A program made the position numbers and the translations under genes. The notes under the pieces are model-generated. The model was not told the DNA's origin. It did not search any database and worked only from the letters and a program-made list of their open reading frames with translations. From Pecten maximus (taxonomy: Eukaryota), in assembly GCF_902652985.1 (NCBI RefSeq), contig NC_047031.1, positions 8,618,001 through 8,682,000 on the forward strand: a DNA stretch of 64,000 nucleotides. The letters run 5' to 3'. This document shows, piece by piece, positions 61,801 to 64,000 of the stretch. How positions within the stretch are numbered: the first letter of the stretch is position 1; each line of letters starts with the position of its first letter.

Positions 61801-63460
61801 CATCATTCATTTCCGTATATGGCCTACATATATCTAAGTATGATATGCTTTACATGTCTTACCTAAAGAGAAGTTCATTTTGTGACACTGTGAAGTTTGA
61901 AGTGGGTTTACCCAGAATTCTTCTTTTGACATCTTCCGGTAAGGCGCCACGCATCGGCATGTTCCTTCGTAACATTTGGCGGGAAATTCGCACCCTTTTT
62001 CTCCACACGGTTCATCGACGAATGCCGACGACCAGAGCTTACAGCGACCGTCGGCCGACGCTACAAACAGTTCGTAACACTTGCACGTGGACTGACAACC
62101 AGCAAACGGTGACATGCATTTGGTCTGGATGTCACATTGGTCTCCTATTCGGCTAGCTGAAAACAGAGATCCACATTGGTATTTGCTAAAGTCTTTAATA
62201 AATGTACGAACAATTAAAAGAAAAAAAAACGAGAAATGGGGACAAACACCGTTTTTGATGCGTATGACAAATGCATCGGCGATCATAGATCGTATCCATT
62301 GTAACCTAACGCAAAATGCAAGCCTTTTATTAAATCCGAGTAAAATACAGATCATAATTTCATTTTACACAATAAAAACGAGGCGTTGACCGGTTGTGTC
62401 ATTTAAGTCTGATCTGAAAAAAAATTCTGGTAAAATTTGAGTACACATACCTATCATACACTGTGAATTGTCCGCTGAACTGAGATATCCCTCCTTGCAC
62501 AGGCAAACAAATCCTTCACATGAGTTAGGACGACATCTTGAGTTGTCCGGACAGTCCTCGTGTCTCGTGCAGCGGTCAAAGATATTGACCTTCATGCGCT
62601 CTGTAGTTGTTGTTTGAACGTGTTGTTGTAGTTGTTGTTGGCGGTGTTGTTTTCAGCGTAGTTGGTGTTGCTGCTTCTGTTGTTGTTGTTGTTGTTTCCG
62701 GAGTTGTGGTTGTGATGACGATAGCCGTTGTTGTTGTTGTTGTCATTTGTGTTGTCGTTTGTGTTGTTTCCGTTGTTAATTCAGCTGTTGTTGTTGCTGT
62801 TGATGTCGCTGTTGTTGGTTCTAAAATTCAGATAAATACAAAATAAAAAGTGATTAGGAAATATCTTCATGGATTAAAACAATTAAGCTCGAGGAATAGC
62901 TATGTATTCAATATTTGGTCGATTTATATGTCGCATACACATATCCATTGATCTAAACACATTTCACCTACTTGTAAATGAATCTAACCATCCTAAATTT
63001 ACTAACTTAATGCGTTTATCTACTTTTTTTCTTAAACCAAACTAAAAGTCACTCATTCTGTGCTTTAAAATTACCGAAATCACATGATAGGTAGAAAAAT
63101 ATAACGTCTTATTGAACTTACAACGTATTAATTTTTGATACAGAAAAAAATAAACTAATGATTTTCAGTTCAGTCTATGTTTGTGAATTAAATTATTGTG
63201 TTATAGGTTTTCTCATTGTTTTTCCACATGAAGAACAAACCTTATAGATGTAACCTGTAGACAATTTTGATTTTTTTTTTGATAATTTCAGCAAAAACGT
63301 AAACACGTCTAGTAACATCAGTTATTGTGAAGCGATGGGAAATGGAAATTTATTCAAGAAATTTACTGATATGGTCAAAGTAGTTTCAACTTACCAGTTG
63401 TCGTTGAGGTTGTGGTGCGCAGTTCTTCTGGGATATAGATCATACTACCGTTACATTTCC
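49248..63460 (-). CDS. Large type-I membrane protein with repeated Cys-rich EGF/EB-like modules and mucin/Ser-Gly linkers (5' end outside the window)
   Basis: Exons: 63460-63395, 62820-62451, 62156-61863, 61534-61466, 60738-60441, 59718-59419, 59242-59174, 58651-58403, 57375-57079, 55990-55925, 55507-55046, 54299-54000, 53497-52760, 52057-51580, 50965-50888, 50560-50470 (TM: SISAVFLLNMVCIVLLIA-NRRRRK), 49875-49248 (cytoplasmic). Ectodomain introns are all phase 1. Three exons contain one extra base. Confidence 0.9.
50470..50560 (-). CDS. Transmembrane exon
   Basis: Reads ETVLMSSSISAVFLLNMVCIVLLIANRRRRK, a hydrophobic helix with a basic stop-transfer stretch. Confidence 0.9.
52760..53497 (-). 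CDS. Ser/Gly-rich stalk exon
   Basis: 738 nt, phase 1-1; begins LCDGKPIEVP; contains a 96-bp internal duplication. Confidence 0.9.
54000..54299 (-). CDS. 12-Cys EB-like exon
   Basis: GDxC..CLSPFAxC...C.CY..DGRC..F..C..GCExPA.C; paralogous to 57079, 59419 and 61863. Confidence 0.92.
55046..55507 (-). CDS. Linker + 7-Cys EGF-like exon
   Basis: C..H..CP..S.C.P..C.G.VC.C..GY..S.D...C. Confidence 0.9.
57079..57375 (-). CDS. 12-Cys EB-like exon
   Basis: 297 nt, phase 1-1. Confidence 0.92.
57810..58365 (-). mobile_element. Non-autonomous Crypton-like element carrying the N-terminal fragment of its ORF, intronic
   Basis: KRFRAVEEAEIDRILQNKIAQNTKISKNVHANCFKEFLKE resembles the RF...EEI..I......NT......F..FL start of Crypton/DUF3504 proteins. 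Element boundaries are approximate. Confidence 0.6.
58403..58651 (-). CDS. Thr-rich linker + 7-Cys EGF-like exon
   Basis: 249 nt, phase 1-1. Confidence 0.9.
59419..59718 (-). CDS. 12-Cys EB-like exon
   Basis: 300 nt, phase 1-1. Confidence 0.92.
60441..60738 (-). CDS. Linker + 7-Cys EGF-like exon (1 extra base at about 60519)
   Basis: Removing one base from the G run at 60518-60520 restores CRPNACQGFVCLCDTNFTSSEDNSFC. Confidence 0.88.
61637..61746. repeat. Perfect 53-bp inverted repeat with a 4-nt loop
   Basis: 61637-61689 is the exact reverse complement of 61694-61746. Confidence 0.97.
61863..62156 (-). CDS. 12-Cys EB-like exon
   Basis: 294 nt, phase 1-1. Confidence 0.92.
62451..62820 (-). 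CDS. Poly-Thr mucin linker + 7-Cys EGF-like exon (1 extra base at about 62617)
   Basis: ACA-rich Thr run followed by CTRHEDCPDNSRCRPNSCEGFVCLC. Confidence 0.88.
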
Positions 63461-64000
63461 CTGTAAAATAACCAACACATTTCTGATTATTGTTTAAAGA
63501 TCATGAAAGAATTGACGGAAATTATACCATTAATGTACTGGTGGCTCCTGTTTAAAAGATATTTTGTTAGTTAGACATACATGTATCTTTTAAATACAAC
63601 TCATCATGATTGTTGGATAACATTTCAGTTACCTTGTCACACTGATCATCAATAATTTTTTTTTTATCTCATATTTATTGCTTGTTAGCTTGTGTTTATT
63701 TTATTTCTTTATTATTTTTTTTTTTTTTTTTTTGCGTTTTTGTTTTTGATTTTTTATTGATTCTTTTTCTTTATTTTTATTTTTGTTTTTGTTTCTTGCT
63801 ATTTTTGGAGTGTTTTTCTGCTTGTTTGCTTTTTTCCCTTGGTTGTAAGCACATTTACACACTACGTCATGTCTTTGTTATCGTGGCGTGACATCACATG
63901 TTTGGAATCTAATTATCTCAGTTTCATATTTCAACAAGCTAATCAAACTGTTGTTTCAGGACCATTATTCATATACTACTATAACTGTGCGATAACGATA

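Noticed and set aside
40478-62625. Programmed frameshifting or RNA editing as the cause of the indels
   Set aside because: No shared slippery heptamer or downstream structure; location in homopolymers across unrelated genes fits sequencing error better.
62607-62846. Poly-Val plus-strand ORF
   Set aside because: Antisense of the poly-Thr mucin exon.

Overview
AT-rich, intron-rich animal genomic DNA, not prokaryotic. The SINE families and gene types point to a bivalve mollusc, possibly a scallop (inference). I reconstructed five spliced genes by hand from GT-AG boundaries and intron phase, all encoding secreted or cell-surface proteins. (1, 2) Two tandem minus-strand genes encode signal peptide + PAN/apple + fibrinogen-related domain (FReD) proteins (2884-8043 and 11770-15090). 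(3) A minus-strand gene encodes an unrecognised secreted protein with a Cys-free mature region, built partly from 21-26 nt microexons (23862-32769). (4) A plus-strand gene encodes a secreted PAN-PAN-CUB-multi-EGF protein (36298-46001). (5) The 3' part of a large minus-strand gene encodes a type-I membrane protein with a repeated three-exon, 20-Cys module, mucin and Ser-Gly linkers and a Tyr-motif-rich tail (49248 to beyond 63460). Several exons carry single-base indels, mostly in homopolymers, which suggests assembly error rather than true pseudogenes. Introns and spacers hold tRNA-derived SINEs, MITEs, decayed Crypton-like fragments, about a dozen minisatellites and one perfect 53-bp hairpin. 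No CRISPR array, rRNA or bona fide tRNA gene was found.
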